Below are positions 63,153 through 64,000 of a stretch of 64,000 nucleotides of DNA, piece after piece. A program made the translations under genes and the position numbers. The notes under the pieces are model-generated. The model was not told where the DNA came from. It saw only the letters and a list, made by a program, of their open reading frames with translations, and made no database searches. The stretch lies in contig DXJV01000084.1 of NCBI GenBank assembly GCA_019056785.1, positions 134,492 through 198,491 of the forward strand. Reading direction: 5' to 3'. This stretch comes from Candidatus Heimdallarchaeota archaeon. GTDB taxonomy: Archaea > Asgardarchaeota > Heimdallarchaeia > JABLTI01. Every line of letters begins with the position of its first letter. Position 1 is the stretch's first letter.

Positions 63153-63470
63153 TCACTCGAGTGTTTTCAAGCGGTTCTCTACAGAACGGAGCTTCTGTTC
63201 GGCGGAAGCTTTTTTATCGCGTCTGTCATCAATATTGATTAGCGTTGCTACCCGTTTTACTCCCATTTTAAAGGGGATTTCATGGATTTTCTTAATGACG
63301 GCAAAAATTTCATCTAATTCCCCTTCGAGAATACTCCCAAAAGGTGTAAGGGTATGTTTAATTCCTGATGCTTCAATTTCCTTCACGCACTCTGCAATAT
63401 ATTTACTTAAACTTGGGCTTCCAGTACCAAGTGGGATAACTGTCACATTAGCTAAAGGCATTACTTTCAC
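63153..63470 (-). CDS. MTH1187/thiamine-binding family protein
   Basis: Motifs PLGTGSPSLSKYIA, LTPFGSILEG and IDDRRDK. Confidence 0.92.
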   Translation of the reverse strand: MKVMPLANVTVIPLGTGSPSLSKYIAECVKEIEASGIKHTLTPFGSILEGELDEIFAVIKKIHEIPFKMGVKRVATLINIDDRRDKKASAEQKLRSVENRLKTLE

Positions 63471-63660
63471 CTCTGTTTTCCTAGCTAGTAATTTATTTAT
63501 CTTCCCTAATTATTAAAGACTCTGCCAGTAAGCGTTTCTTAAGCAGAAACATTGCTCTCCTATCGTTGGTAGTGCATTAGCATAAATGCTGTAAAATACT
63601 GAAAGTTGAAAGAAAATTCTAGGTAAAAAAAGAATAAAAAAAGAAAGAGTTAGGGCTTTC

Positions 63661-64000
63661 TTAATGCAAGAATTTGCTTGTAAGAAGCCGTTCTTTGTGT
63701 TTTGGTTGAGTATAATCAGGGAAGAAAATCGGTGATGGGGGATTCTTTACTTTGTATTCATCGCATAATGCGTTGTACTGTTCTACATGAGAAAGTGTTA
63801 GTTTACCAAGCGAGACTTTCTGCACACGTTTTGCGGCAGATATTCCTGCAGCACGACCAAAAACACTGACCTCGAGTAAACTATTACCCATCAAACGATT
63901 GCTACCGTGGGTTCCACCGGTAACTTCGCCAGCAGCATAAAGATTAGGAACAGGGGTCTCAGCATTTGCATTGATCTTTAAACCACCATTTTGGTAGTGC
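63661..64000 (-). CDS. Fumarate reductase/succinate dehydrogenase-like flavoprotein, C-terminal part (runs off the window)
   Basis: HYQNGG, LYAAGEVTGGTHGSNRLMGNSLLEVSVFGRAAG. Confidence 0.85.
   Translation of the reverse strand, partial: HYQNGGLKINANAETPVPNLYAAGEVTGGTHGSNRLMGNSLLEVSVFGRAAGISAAKRVQKVSLGKLTLSHVEQYNALCDEYKVKNPPSPIFFPDYTQPKHKERLLTSKFLH

Overview
Archaeal chromosomal segment, most likely from an Asgard archaeon (Heimdallarchaeia-like). This assignment is inferred from the unsplit rpoB, split rpoA1/A2, L30e, archaeal NusA, TFE, ThrRS and DHS, together with eukaryote-signature GTPase-roadblock and longin proteins. The window carries the RNA polymerase operon, sdaAB, tldD/pmbA, EF-1alpha, tfe, tmk, thrS, a tRNA-Cys with two BHB introns, and several accessory clusters. 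Four observations stand out. (1) A sharp, roughly symmetric strand-composition inversion is centred inside the EF-1alpha gene at about 32,388 and fades over several kb on each side. It suggests a fixed chromosomal landmark such as an origin, terminus or anchor site. (2) A two-gene operon encodes a Rag-like GTPase-roadblock protein and an NPRL2/folliculin-like longin protein that keeps the candidate GAP arginine finger. (3) An in-frame UGA replaces the invariant Gly of the EF-1alpha DxPG motif. (4) A putative secreted clan-CD-protease/membrane-toxin precursor sits next to a candidate immunity gene and a decayed orphan copy. Several single-base disruptions exist in the window, so assembly error must be excluded for every stop or frameshift claim. 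All calls come from motif recognition by eye; no searches were run.
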